Shown here piece by piece: positions 52,833 to 62,653 of a DNA stretch of 64,000 bases (the stretch's first letter is position 1; each line of letters begins with the position of its first letter). A program made the position numbers and the translations under genes. The DNA lies in contig CDRNVI010000073.1 in the NCBI GenBank assembly GCA_977017575.1, forward strand, positions 86,421-150,420, given 5' to 3'. Below the pieces are notes generated by a model, which saw only the letters and a program-made list of their open reading frames with translations, searched no databases and was not told the DNA's origin. Origin of the DNA: Paramoeba atlantica. Its lineage: Eukaryota > Protista > Discosea.

Positions 52833-53026
52833 AACCCAGGCTAAAGTGGACGAGGGAGATACTAAAGGCACCTTTGGCAAACTACCACAAAACTGGAACG
52901 GTATCTCTCGGTTTGTAGAGCATTCTGATGTGGCCCAGGAATCTTTAACGGGAGATACTGTCCCAGTTTTGCGGTGGTTTGCCAAAGGTGCCCTGAGTAT
53001 CTCCCTCGTCCACTTTAGCCTGGGTT
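52833..53026. repeat. Hairpin with ~80-bp arms and ~35-nt loop
   Basis: AACCCAGGCTAAAGTGGACGAGGGAGATACT..GGCACCTTTGGCAAAC.. pairs with ..GTTTGCCAAAGGTGCC..AGTATCTCCCTCGTCCACTTTAGCCTGGGTT. The right arm recurs at ~55706-55795. Confidence 0.88.
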
Positions 53027-53092
53027 CTTTACAGTTTATTAAATAAAATACGAAGTTACAGTGAAGTATTCAAATACGAGTGGATAATTTTC

Positions 53093-53987
53093 TTTTTTAG
53101 GCTCTTCGTTAAACGAGGTGGTTGCTTTCAACTTAGAAGTCACTCATGCTGCGCGCTTCGCGTTGAAAACTACCGCCGCGTTTAACGAAGAGCCTAAAAA
53201 AGAAAATTTAGCCTGGAAAACGGAAAGATTATAGCCAAAAATAGCCGAATTTCGGGTACAAATGGGGTCATTTTCGCATATTTTTGCTCTCAGAGCACTA
53301 AATCCGACATTTGCGCGTGGGATATCACTCGCAGGCATGAATGAAAGCCTACCGAACGTATTAGGTAGAGAATGCGACTCCAACCATACCATTCTTTCGA
53401 CACAAAAATGCCCCTTTAGGTCCGAAAAATACTTTTTCACCTTTTTTAGTCAAAAATGGGTCATTTTGGGGGGCGCACCACAGTTCGAAGAAGTGATACC
53501 TTGCGAAAACAACTGCGTAGAAAGCTAGTGTAGGTCCCAAACTATCAAAATACAATAGGCGAAACGATTTTGGAAAAATATTTTTTTTGTCATTTTTTTC
53601 GCCAAGTTGAATTTTTTTTCAAAAACTTTTTTCCGAAAAAATCCGAACTTGGCGGACCCGTCCTGCGGATACGCGGGTGGGTCACCCCCGGGTAGCGGGG
53701 TGGAAAATGCGCGCCAAGACCCCGGATGCCCTTTCTGCGGTTTTTTTTCGAAAACTAATTTTTTCGAAAAAATTTGCTCGACCATGCCCCCCCATGGACC
53801 CCCCCATGGACCCCCCCATGGACCCCCATTTTTTTCAAATTTTTTTTTCAGTTTTGGACCACCGGAGCCCCCTTTTATATTTTTTTCTTCTATTATATTA
53901 CTGTGTTCCCCTTTATATTTTCACTGTTTTTGTTCACTTTTTTTTCAATAATCGAGTGTAGAGCGGTAGTTTTACAACCACCGCAAT
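53093..53987. repeat. Inverted copy of the 890-bp unit starting with palindromic cassette copy G (53093-53201)
   Basis: The same spurious ORFs appear on the opposite strand (53144..53440, 53262..53528, 53607..53951). Confidence 0.92.
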
Positions 53988-54319
53988 ATTACGGTTATTT
54001 TTAATTACGGTTATTTTTAATTAAGATTATTTTTAGCCCCGAAAACAAATACTTTTTTTCATATCTATCACCATCGACCTCACTTTCATACGAAACACAA
54101 ACCTTTATAAAATGATCACAGACGAATCCAATGGCTTGGGCGCTTAAACGTTGCTCAAAACGTGTGTTCAAAAATTATTAATTTACGAGTGGATTATATT
54201 ACGGTTAATTTAATTAAGATTAATTTTAGCCAAAAATAACCTTAAAAGCGTAATTAAATAATACCGCAATTAAATATAACACTGTAATCGTTTTTGGGGG
54301 AAAAACTTCCCTTTTGAGC

Positions 54320-54992
54320 AAAATCGATGGTCCTATAAAAAAAGGTGGTCTTACAAAAACGGATGGTTTGACACAAAACGATCGTCGTACAAAAGACGAT
54401 GGTTTTACACAAAACGATCGTCTTACAAAAGACTATAGTCTTAGAAAAGACGATCGTCTTACAAAGTACCATGGTCTTACAAAAAACGATGGTCTTACAC
54501 ACAACGATGGTTTTACAAAAAACGATGGTCTTATAAAAAACGATGGTCTTATAAAAAACGATGGTTTTACAGCAAACGATGGTCTTATAAAACAACGATT
54601 CTCTTACAAAGGACAATGGTCTTACCAAAGACGATGGTCTTACAAAAACGATCGTCTTATAAAAAACGATGGTCTTACAAAAAACGATGGTCTTACAAAA
54701 AACGATCGTCTTACAAATAACGATCGTCTTAGACAAAGACGATGGTCTTACACACAACGATGGTTTTATACAAAACGATCGTCTTACAAAAATCGATGGT
54801 CTTCGAAAAGACGATGGTCTTACAAAAACCAATCGTCCAACAAAAAACGAAAGTCTTACAAAACCGATGGTCTTACAAAACCCGATGGTCTTACAAACAA
54901 CGATGGTCATACTAACAACGATGGTCTTACAAAAAACGGTTGTCTTACAGAAAACAATCGCCTTACAAAAAACTATCGCCTTACAAAAAACG
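54320..54992. repeat. 18-bp minisatellite array III
   Basis: About 37 degenerate units, same consensus; occasional 1-nt length variants. Confidence 0.93.
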
Positions 54993-55085
54993 AACACTAG
55001 GGGCCACACTGGGCCACTCATTGCCCTGCATTGGGTCCATTGCGGTGGTTGTACCTTTATTAAGACCTTTATTAAGACCTTTACC

Positions 55086-55194
55086 TTTTTTAGGCTCTTC
55101 GTTAAACGCGTTGGTAGTTTTCAACGCGAAGCGCGCAGCATAAGTGACTTCTAAGTTGAAAACAACCACCTCGTTTAACGAAGAGCCTAAAAAA
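55086..55194. repeat. Palindromic cassette copy H (partial copy I at 55551-55626)
   Basis: TTTTTTAGGCTCTTCGTTAAACGCG..GTTTTCAAC-gcgaagcgcgcagcataagtgacttctaa-GTTGAAAAC..CGTTTAACGAAGAGCCTAAAAAA. Confidence 0.9.
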
Positions 55195-56450
55195 GAATTT
55201 TGGAAAAACAATATTTTTACCTTTTTTTGGGTCAAAGAAAAATCGGTCACCCCAAACATTTCGGAATTTTGACCTTGTTGGACCCCCCCTGCGCGTACCA
55301 GAGGGGGGGGGGAGGAATTATTGCCGCGGCCTACTCTACTACTTCCCGGCGCTCGATTTTGAAAAGCAAAAAAATCGAAAAAAGAAATCGCGACCTATTC
55401 CGCCCCCCTGGACCTCCCCAATGGACCCCTCCATGGACCCCCCCCCTAGACGCCCCATTTTTTTCAATTTTTTTTCTGTTTTGGACCACCGGAGCCCCCT
55501 TTTATATTTTTTTCTTCTAAATCTTCTTTAATATAAACCCCCGCTTATTATTTTAGGCTCTTCGTTAAACGCGGTGGTTGTTTTCAACTTAGAAGTCGCT
55601 CATGCTGCGCGCTTCGCGTTGAAAAAAAATATATTTTTTGGCTTTCACCCATAATTTTTCAGTTTTTTTCTCAAAATCTCTGATGTGACGGATTCTGATG
55701 TGACGGAAGAATCTTTAACGGGAGATACCGTACCAGTTTTGTGGTAGTTTTCCTAAGGTGCCTTTAGTATCTCCCTCGTCCACTTTAGCCTGGATTCGTT
55801 TTTTCAAAATTTCAAAAATTGTTATGATCACCCTGGTGGGGATGGGGGGGGCAGGTACCCCCTGCCAGGGGGTACCCATCGGAATTGTTGAAAAACTAGT
55901 TATTTTTTCATTCAATTCAATTCATACGTCTGCCTTTTTTCCTTGCGCCTCCTCCTTCCTCTACGGCCTTGCGTGTCACATACTTCCGGGTAAATTTTGG
56001 ACTATGTAGGTGTATTATCGGCACATGGTGGAGAAATATAGAATGAAATCAAAGAGTATACAGGTATAGAAGGCTCCAAACTCTCAAAAAACAGTCTAGG
56101 AGTTGATTTGGGAAAAATATTTTTTTTCGCTTTCACCCATAAATTTTTAGTTTTTTTTGCAAAATTTCAAAAATTGCTATGATCACCCTGGTGGGGAGGT
56201 GGGCGGGGCAGGGGGTACCCATCGGAATTGTTGAAAAACTAGTAATCTTGTCACTCAATTCGATTCATACGTCTTTGTAAACATTTTTTTCGAAAACTCA
56301 CCTGAAACGATATCGGGTACGAAATCGGGCACGGCGCCTTCTGTCTTTTTCCCGCGGCGACGACGACTTCCTCTCACGCGCCACTGCATCTACACTGCGT
56401 TCACTGCCTCAGTGGAGGTGGCGGGGTGGCAAGAACTCAAAGTTTGAAGC

Positions 56451-57209
56451 ACATGGTGCTCAGACGGCGAGTTCAAACCGCTCATCGCAATATTCCCGGC
56501 GGCCTCACTCTAAGAGACTGGGCTGAGAACCGACTAGGCCCCGTACTCGGAGGACCGTCCCGGACCCCCCCTCAGGGAACCAGCTCCCTTACCCGGCTTA
56601 CACCTCTTGGGTGAGCCGTGTTGACGTACAGTTCGTCGACGCAGCGTGTTGGCAACAGCACTTTGGTGCCGCCTTGGACAAGCGGAAACTGGTAGAGGAC
56701 GTCGGCCTCGGAACTTCCAAATCTGTCTGTGAAGGGTCTGGCTTGCCAGTGACCATCCGGAGCAATCCGGAATGATTTGGATATTTTTTTTTGGATTGGT
56801 CACAGACCCATGTGTTACAAAATGAGAGGAAACATAAACAAGAACAAATGCCGATATGGCATTCCATCCAATCCAAATCCAAATCATTCCGGATTGCTCC
56901 GGATGGTCACTGGCAAGCCAGACCCTTCACAGACAGATTTGGAAGTTCCGAGGCCGACGTCCTCTACCAGTTTCCGCTTGCCCAAGGCGGCACCAAAGTG
57001 CTGTTGCCAACACGCTGCGTCGACGAACTGTACGTCAACACGGCCCACCCAAGAGGTGTAAGCCGGGTAAGGGAGCTGGTTCCCCGAGGGGGGGTCCGGG
57101 ACGGTCCTCCGAGTACTGGGCCTAGTCGGTTATCAGCCCAGTCTCTTAGAGTGAGGCCGCCAGGAATATTGCGATGAGTGGGTTTGAACTCGCCGTCTGA
57201 GCACCATGT
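56451..57209. repeat. GC-rich inverted repeat: ~332-bp arms (56451-56782, 56877-57209) around a 94-bp spacer
   Basis: ACATGGTGCTCAGACGG...GATTTGGAT is mirrored by ATCCAAATC...CCGTCTGAGCACCATGT; I count about 7 differences between arms. Confidence 0.93.
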
Positions 57210-57914
57210 AGTGGGTATATCATCAATAACTTTTACGACGCCGAAAAGGATTTAATCAACAAACCAAGAAAAAGTATGTTGGATAGGTTGGTAAGTCAGC
57301 GATTTAAGCTCACGACCTATTTTATCCTTAATTTTTTGGCTGTACTTGCCGCAAGTTATATTTCATTTAGGGCCGTACTGTTTTTCTCAAGTTACATTTT
57401 TGGGATTTGGTTCTATTCCCATAAACTCAAGAGAATTCCATTTATTGGAAACCTAGTTTCGGCAACTTTGGCCATTACTCCTTTTTTTGTGGTCTTTGTA
57501 TACTATAGCAACTTTGAGACTGTCATTTTTGTACATGCTATTTTCCTTTTTTTATTGATTTTGGCCCGTGAAATGATCAAGGATTTGGAAAACATGGCAG
57601 GCGATCTTGCACAGAACTACAAAACTATCCCCATTCTATACGGACCAAAGGTGTCCAAAGTACTGATTGGACTTTTGATTCTTTTGACTTTGATTCCAGC
57701 CTTATTATTGATCAGGAGTTTTGATGTAGGCTATATGTATCTTTATTTCTCAGCTTGTATTGTGCTCTTGTCACTTTTTATCATTTTGTTGTGGAAAGCA
57801 AGTGGCAAAAAACATTATGTTTGGTTGCATAATATCTTAAAGTTCATCATTGTGGCAGGAGTATTTAGCATCCTGCTTATCGATGTTGACTTGGTCTTAA
57901 ATCGGATTTTATAA
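57210..57914 (+). CDS. UbiA-family prenyltransferase (geranylgeranylglycerol-phosphate geranylgeranyltransferase-like), 5'-truncated
   Basis: Frame begins abruptly at SGYIINNFYDAEKDLINKP (first Asp-rich motif); second motif REMIKDLENMAGD; many TM helices; Bacteroidetes-like. Confidence 0.88.
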   Translation, partial: SGYIINNFYDAEKDLINKPRKSMLDRLVSQRFKLTTYFILNFLAVLAASYISFRAVLFFSSYIFGIWFYSHKLKRIPFIGNLVSATLAITPFFVVFVYYSNFETVIFVHAIFLFLLILAREMIKDLENMAGDLAQNYKTIPILYGPKVSKVLIGLLILLTLIPALLLIRSFDVGYMYLYFSACIVLLSLFIILLWKASGKKHYVWLHNILKFIIVAGVFSILLIDVDLVLNRIL

Positions 57915-58864
57915 TGGAGAACCTTCTTAAAGTGGCACTGGCGCAGATTGCTCCGGTGTGGTTGGACAAAAAAGCCACAATTCAAAAAATTAAGGAAACA
58001 ATTAGGGAAGCAGCTAAAGAACAAGCAGAGCTTGTTGTTTTTGGAGAAGCCTTTTTACCTGGATATCCCTTTTGGTTGGCCCATACCGAAGGAGCCGCCT
58101 GGGATTTGAAAATCAATAAAGAACTGCATGCCCACTATGCCCGAAACTCCATTCAGATAGAAACAGGAGATTTGGACTCCATTTGCAAGTTGGCGAAAGA
58201 ACACCAAATAGCCATTTACTTGGGAATGATGGAACGTGCCAAGGATAGAGGAGGACATAGCCTCTATTGCTCCTTGGTCTACATTAATCCACAAGGAGAA
58301 ATAAAATCGGTGCATCGAAAATTACAACCCACCTATGATGAACGCCTCACTTGGGCACCTGGAGATGGCAATGGGTTACAGGTACATCCACTGAAACAGT
58401 TTACGGTTGGCGGACTCAATTGTTGGGAAAATTGGATGCCTTTGCCAAGGACAGCTTTGTATGGCCAAGGAGAGAATTTACATGTGGCCGTTTGGCCGGG
58501 TGGATTGCACAATACAAAGGATATTACCCGTTTTATCGCGCGGGAATCGCGGAGTTATGTCATATCAGTCTCCTCTTTGATGACTACTTCGGATTTTCCA
58601 AAGAGCACACCACATTTGGAAAAAATCCTTGAAAAGGCCCCTAAAGTTTTGGCTAACGGAGGAAGCTGCATTGCTGGACCAGATGGGGAATGGATCTTGG
58701 AACCCACTGTGGATAAGGAAGGACTGATCTATCAAACCCTCGATTTTAACCGGGTGTATGAAGAACGACAAAATTTTGATCCCGTAGGTCATTATTCCCG
58801 GCCCGATGTTACAAAGCTAACGGTAAACCGTGAGCGCCAATCCACAATTGAGTTTGAAAATTAG
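57914..58864 (+). CDS. Carbon-nitrogen hydrolase / nitrilase
   Basis: Catalytic triad motifs FGEAFLPGY (Glu), HRKL (Lys), LNCWEN (Cys); terminal DPVGHYSRPD. Start overlaps the upstream stop (TAATG). Confidence 0.93.
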   Translation: MENLLKVALAQIAPVWLDKKATIQKIKETIREAAKEQAELVVFGEAFLPGYPFWLAHTEGAAWDLKINKELHAHYARNSIQIETGDLDSICKLAKEHQIAIYLGMMERAKDRGGHSLYCSLVYINPQGEIKSVHRKLQPTYDERLTWAPGDGNGLQVHPLKQFTVGGLNCWENWMPLPRTALYGQGENLHVAVWPGGLHNTKDITRFIARESRSYVISVSSLMTTSDFPKSTPHLEKILEKAPKVLANGGSCIAGPDGEWILEPTVDKEGLIYQTLDFNRVYEERQNFDPVGHYSRPDVTKLTVNRERQSTIEFEN

Positions 58865-58922
58865 CCAGTTATGGTGCCGTAGGGTGAATAAAACACTACT
58901 TTTGCAAAAAATTTTATGACTG

Positions 58923-59762
58923 ATGGCGAAATCAGACTACAACCGAAATCGGAAACCTTCCCAAGATTCTGGTAGAAACCAGAAAAAACAGTACGCTAAA
59001 AGCTACAGTTCCAAACCTAAGAAAAGCAGTCCGCAAAAAAAATCCAATCCAGACGAGATTAGATTAAACCGTTATGTGGCCAATGCGGGAATCTGTTCCC
59101 GAAGGGAGGCGGACACCTATATTGCTGCGGGCAGTGTTGCTGTAAACGGCAAAGTCATCACGGAGATGGGCTATAAGGTAAAGCGAACCGATGAGGTTCG
59201 TTTTGATGGGAGAAAACTCAATCTTGAGAAAAAGGAATACATATTGTTGAATAAGCCCAAAAACTTTATCACTACCACAAGTGATGAAAAGGGTAGGCGT
59301 ACCGTCATGGAATTGGTTTCCAGTGCTTCCAAATCCCGGTTATTACCGGTTGGTCGTTTGGATAGGAATACCACAGGATTACTACTATTTACCAACGACG
59401 GGGATTTGACCAAAAAGTTGACTCATCCTACCCACGGAGTGCGCAAGATTTACCATGTACATTTGGATAAAAATCTCACCTTATCCGATTTACGAAAGAT
59501 TGAAGCTGGTTTGGAATTGGAAGATGGTACTGTCCAAGTGAACGATATTAGCTACATTCAAGGTGCTCCTAAAAAAGAAGTGGGAATTGAAATCCATAGT
59601 GGCCGTAACCGTATTGTACGTCGTATTTTTGAGCATTTGGATTACCATGTAACCAAATTGGACCGGGTCATCTTTGCCGGGTTAACTAAAAAGGACCTAC
59701 CTAGAGGGCATTGGCGAAACCTTACAGAGCAAGAGGTGATTAATTTGGGGATGATCAAATAA
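58923..59762 (+). CDS. rluB: 23S rRNA pseudouridine synthase (RluB/RsuA family with S4 domain)
   Basis: RLNRYVANAGICSRREAD, LLNKPK, PVGRLDRNTTGLLLFTNDG, GRNRIVRR. Confidence 0.9.
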   Translation: MAKSDYNRNRKPSQDSGRNQKKQYAKSYSSKPKKSSPQKKSNPDEIRLNRYVANAGICSRREADTYIAAGSVAVNGKVITEMGYKVKRTDEVRFDGRKLNLEKKEYILLNKPKNFITTTSDEKGRRTVMELVSSASKSRLLPVGRLDRNTTGLLLFTNDGDLTKKLTHPTHGVRKIYHVHLDKNLTLSDLRKIEAGLELEDGTVQVNDISYIQGAPKKEVGIEIHSGRNRIVRRIFEHLDYHVTKLDRVIFAGLTKKDLPRGHWRNLTEQEVINLGMIK

Positions 59763-59769
59763 ACCACCA

Positions 59770-60216
59770 TTGAAAAGGATAAGGGACAAAGCGCATATCG
59801 TTTTTTGGACACTGGGTATTGTTCTATTTGCATTTCAGATCTATTTCACACAGGTTTACCCTAATTCAACATTCGATATTAATGTGCATGACACCTATTA
59901 CGTTGTTGCGCATGCCCATATTTTTAATGTTTTAGGGACATGGATTATCCTGTGTGGAATGGGTTATTGGATTCTAAAACTTTGTAGAGTAAGAATTTTG
60001 GCTTTGATGTTTTGGCTTCATTTGATTTTGACCATACTCTTTACAATAAGTCTTTGGGTAATGGATATTGAAATAAAGCCGGGAATAGAAAATTTGGAAT
60101 TATACAAAATTATGCAGTCCCTTTGGTTTTTTGGATTGATACTATTCGGCCTAGGCCAAATCAGCTATTTTCTCAATATCTTGATTTCAACGCTAAGAAG
60201 AGTTGCGTCCAAATAG
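59770..60216 (+). CDS. Small membrane protein with a cytochrome c oxidase subunit I-like segment
   Basis: DINVHDTYYVVAHAH resembles the COX1 HDTYYVVAHFH heme-binding motif; four hydrophobic segments; only 148 aa. Confidence 0.65.
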   Translation: MKRIRDKAHIVFWTLGIVLFAFQIYFTQVYPNSTFDINVHDTYYVVAHAHIFNVLGTWIILCGMGYWILKLCRVRILALMFWLHLILTILFTISLWVMDIEIKPGIENLELYKIMQSLWFFGLILFGLGQISYFLNILISTLRRVASK

Positions 60217-60242
60217 GTTTGCTTTCCTGTTGGCAACGGTTT

Positions 60243-61526
60243 TTAATCTAAAAGACGTTCCATCTTCTCCCTAATTTCCTCCAAACACAAATTCCCCAAA
60301 CTTCCTTCATGGGTGTGTTGGATATCTCTTTTAGGTTTAAAATTGCCATTTTCAATGGCGGTGCCCATGCTTTTATAGGCATCTCTAAAAGGCATACCAC
60401 TTTTAACCAGCTCGTTTAAGGTGTCCACACTAAACAGGTAATCATATTTGGGGTCATCAAGAATATTAGTGTTCACTTGGACTTCTTTTAAACTAAAAGT
60501 CATCATCTCCAAACAAGCTTTGATATCCTGAATGGCCGGTACAATTATTTCTTTGACCAACTGCAAATCCCTATGATACCCACTGGGCAGGTTATTAGTG
60601 ATTAATGTCAACTGATTAGGCACGGCTTGGATCTTATTGCACTTGGCTCTTATCAATTCAAACACATCTGGGTTTTTCTTGTGCGGCATAATGCTACTTC
60701 CCGTAGTCAACTCATTGGGAAAAGAGATAAAATTGAAATTTTGACTCATATAAAGACAAATGTCCATGGCCAATTTGGATAGCGTAGCTGCCACGCCCGA
60801 AATTCCAAAAGCCGTTGCCTTTTCCACTTTACCACGTCCCATTTGAGCAGCCACCACATTGTATTTAAGGGCCTCAAACCCCATTTCCTCCATGGTAAAT
60901 GTTCTATCGATAGGAAATGAACTTCCATATCCGGCAGCACTTCCCAAAGGGTTTTGGTCCGCAACCTTGTATGCCGCCTGTACAAACTGAAGATCATCCA
61001 CCAAACTTTCGGCATATGCCGAGAACCAAAGTCCAAAAGAGGACGGCATGGCAATTTGCAAATGCGTATATCCGGGCAACAAAACAGCTTTGTGCTTTTC
61101 AGCTAGCTCCAGCAATAAATCAAAAAGGGATTTAACCTCGCCTTTAATTGCTGAAAGTTCCTCCTTAAGATAAAGTTGCATCGCTACCAATACCTGATCA
61201 TTTCTAGATCTAGCGGTATGGATTTTTTTGCCTGTATCCCCCAATTTTTCTGTCAGCAAAAACTCAATTTTAGAGTGCATGTCCTCAAAATCGTCCTCAA
61301 TGGTGAAGGTTCCTTTGTCAATTGTTTTGGCAATCACATCCAATTCCTTGACCAATGCCTCCGATTCTTCAGAGGTTGTCAAGCCTACTTTGCCCAACAT
61401 TTTAGCATGGGCCTTAGAAGCAATCACATCATATTTTGCCAAGAGCAAATCCAATTCCCGATCGTTGCCTACGGTAAAATGATCTATTTTTTTATCGGTG
61501 CTAAAACCTTTGTCCCAGAGTTTCAT
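60243..61526 (-). CDS. argH: Argininosuccinate lyase
   Basis: IHTARSRNDQV, PGYTHLQ, PLGSAAGYG, GSSIMPHKKNPD. Confidence 0.96.
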   Translation of the reverse strand: MKLWDKGFSTDKKIDHFTVGNDRELDLLLAKYDVIASKAHAKMLGKVGLTTSEESEALVKELDVIAKTIDKGTFTIEDDFEDMHSKIEFLLTEKLGDTGKKIHTARSRNDQVLVAMQLYLKEELSAIKGEVKSLFDLLLELAEKHKAVLLPGYTHLQIAMPSSFGLWFSAYAESLVDDLQFVQAAYKVADQNPLGSAAGYGSSFPIDRTFTMEEMGFEALKYNVVAAQMGRGKVEKATAFGISGVAATLSKLAMDICLYMSQNFNFISFPNELTTGSSIMPHKKNPDVFELIRAKCNKIQAVPNQLTLITNNLPSGYHRDLQLVKEIIVPAIQDIKACLEMMTFSLKEVQVNTNILDDPKYDYLFSVDTLNELVKSGMPFRDAYKSMGTAIENGNFKPKRDIQHTHEGSLGNLCLEEIREKMERLLD

Positions 61527-61582
61527 TTGGTGTCATTTTGCGATTAACAGTGAACAATGATCAATTGTCTATTGCTAATTGA

Positions 61583-62653
61583 TTATTGTAAAAATCCTTT
61601 AAGGATTTTGATATATAAGTCTATTCCTTCTTCAATTTCTTCCACGTAAATGTATTCATCGGCAGAGTGAGACCTTGTGCTATCTCCCGGCCCCAGTTTT
61701 ACAGACTGACAGCTCAAAGCCGCCTGGTCGGAGAGTGTAGGTGAACCATAGGTTTTTCTTCCCAGAACAACCCCACTTTCCACTAAATCGTGTTTCGGAT
61801 CAATAGCGGAGGAATTCAATCGTAAAGATCGTGCTGTCATTTTACATGGGGCTTCCTTTTCCAACAAATCTGCAACTTCTTGATTGGAATAACGATCGTT
61901 TACCCTTACATCCACTACCAAATCCACTTTGGCCGGCACTACATTGTGCTGACTTCCTGCATTAATTTGAGTCACGGTTAGTTTTACTTCACCCAAGGCA
62001 TCTGAAACTTTTTCAAAAGAGTACTTCTTGAACCAGTTCAATACGTCAATGGTGTTATAAATGGAATTATTTTTATTGGGATGAGCCGCATGCGAAGGGG
62101 TACCTTCAACTACAGCATCAAAAACGATAAGGCCTTTTTCAGCAATGGCCAAATCCATTAAGGTTGGTTCGCCAACCACAGCCACATCTATTTTTGGTAA
62201 TATGGGCAGCAAAGCAATCAAACTTTTGTCCCCAGCATCCTCTTCTTCTCCGGTAGCTGCCATTATTATATTGTGACTAAGGCTTTTTTCCTCATAAAAA
62301 TGTGCAAAGGTGGCCAAAAGGGAGACCAAACACCCTCCGGCATCATTACTGCCTAGGCCATAAAGCTTCCCGTCTTCCACATGGGGGTTAAAAGGGTCTT
62401 TCGTATATGCACTATTGGGTTTTACCGTATCGTGATGCGAATTTAACAGCAGGCTTGGTTTACTTTCGTCAAAATGCTTGTTGAAAGCATAAATATTATT
62501 GAATTGCCGTTGGGTTTTAACTCCAAAACTTTGGAGCCAAGTTTCAATGGCATTCCCCGTTTTATCCTCTTCCCCGGAAAAAGATTGGATGGAAATGAGC
62601 TGCTTAAGTAGTTCAATAGCTTTTTGTGTCAGTGTCTCTTGATTGATTTTCAT
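61583..62653 (-). CDS. argE: M20 family metallohydrolase (acetylornithine deacetylase ArgE-like)
   Basis: LLNSHHDTV, GLGSNDAGG, TGEEE, VGEPT, SHAAHP, HSADEY; located between argB and argH. Confidence 0.85.
   Translation of the reverse strand: MKINQETLTQKAIELLKQLISIQSFSGEEDKTGNAIETWLQSFGVKTQRQFNNIYAFNKHFDESKPSLLLNSHHDTVKPNSAYTKDPFNPHVEDGKLYGLGSNDAGGCLVSLLATFAHFYEEKSLSHNIIMAATGEEEDAGDKSLIALLPILPKIDVAVVGEPTLMDLAIAEKGLIVFDAVVEGTPSHAAHPNKNNSIYNTIDVLNWFKKYSFEKVSDALGEVKLTVTQINAGSQHNVVPAKVDLVVDVRVNDRYSNQEVADLLEKEAPCKMTARSLRLNSSAIDPKHDLVESGVVLGRKTYGSPTLSDQAALSCQSVKLGPGDSTRSHSADEYIYVEEIEEGIDLYIKILKGFLQ

Larger units (their letters stand above)
52310..56336. repeat. Long-range inverted repeat pair (52310-52740 versus 55927-56336)
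   Basis: CGCCGTGCCCGATTT...CAGGTGAGTTTTCGAAAA...AAGACGTATGAATCGAATT...GACACGCAAGGCCGTAGAGGAAGGAGGAGGC is matched by its reverse complement at 55927-56336, with moderate divergence. Confidence 0.85.

Noticed and set aside
51293-55154. KNDGLT / KTIVFC / MVLQKT hexapeptide-repeat ORFs as proteins
   Set aside because: They are by-products of an 18-bp repeat, open in several frames on both strands and broken by 1-nt shifts, with no flanking domain.
51000-57209. Telomeric TTAGGG arrays, a spliced-leader RNA gene or minicircle CSB-3 (GGGGTTGGTGTA)
   Set aside because: None was seen on either strand during reading.
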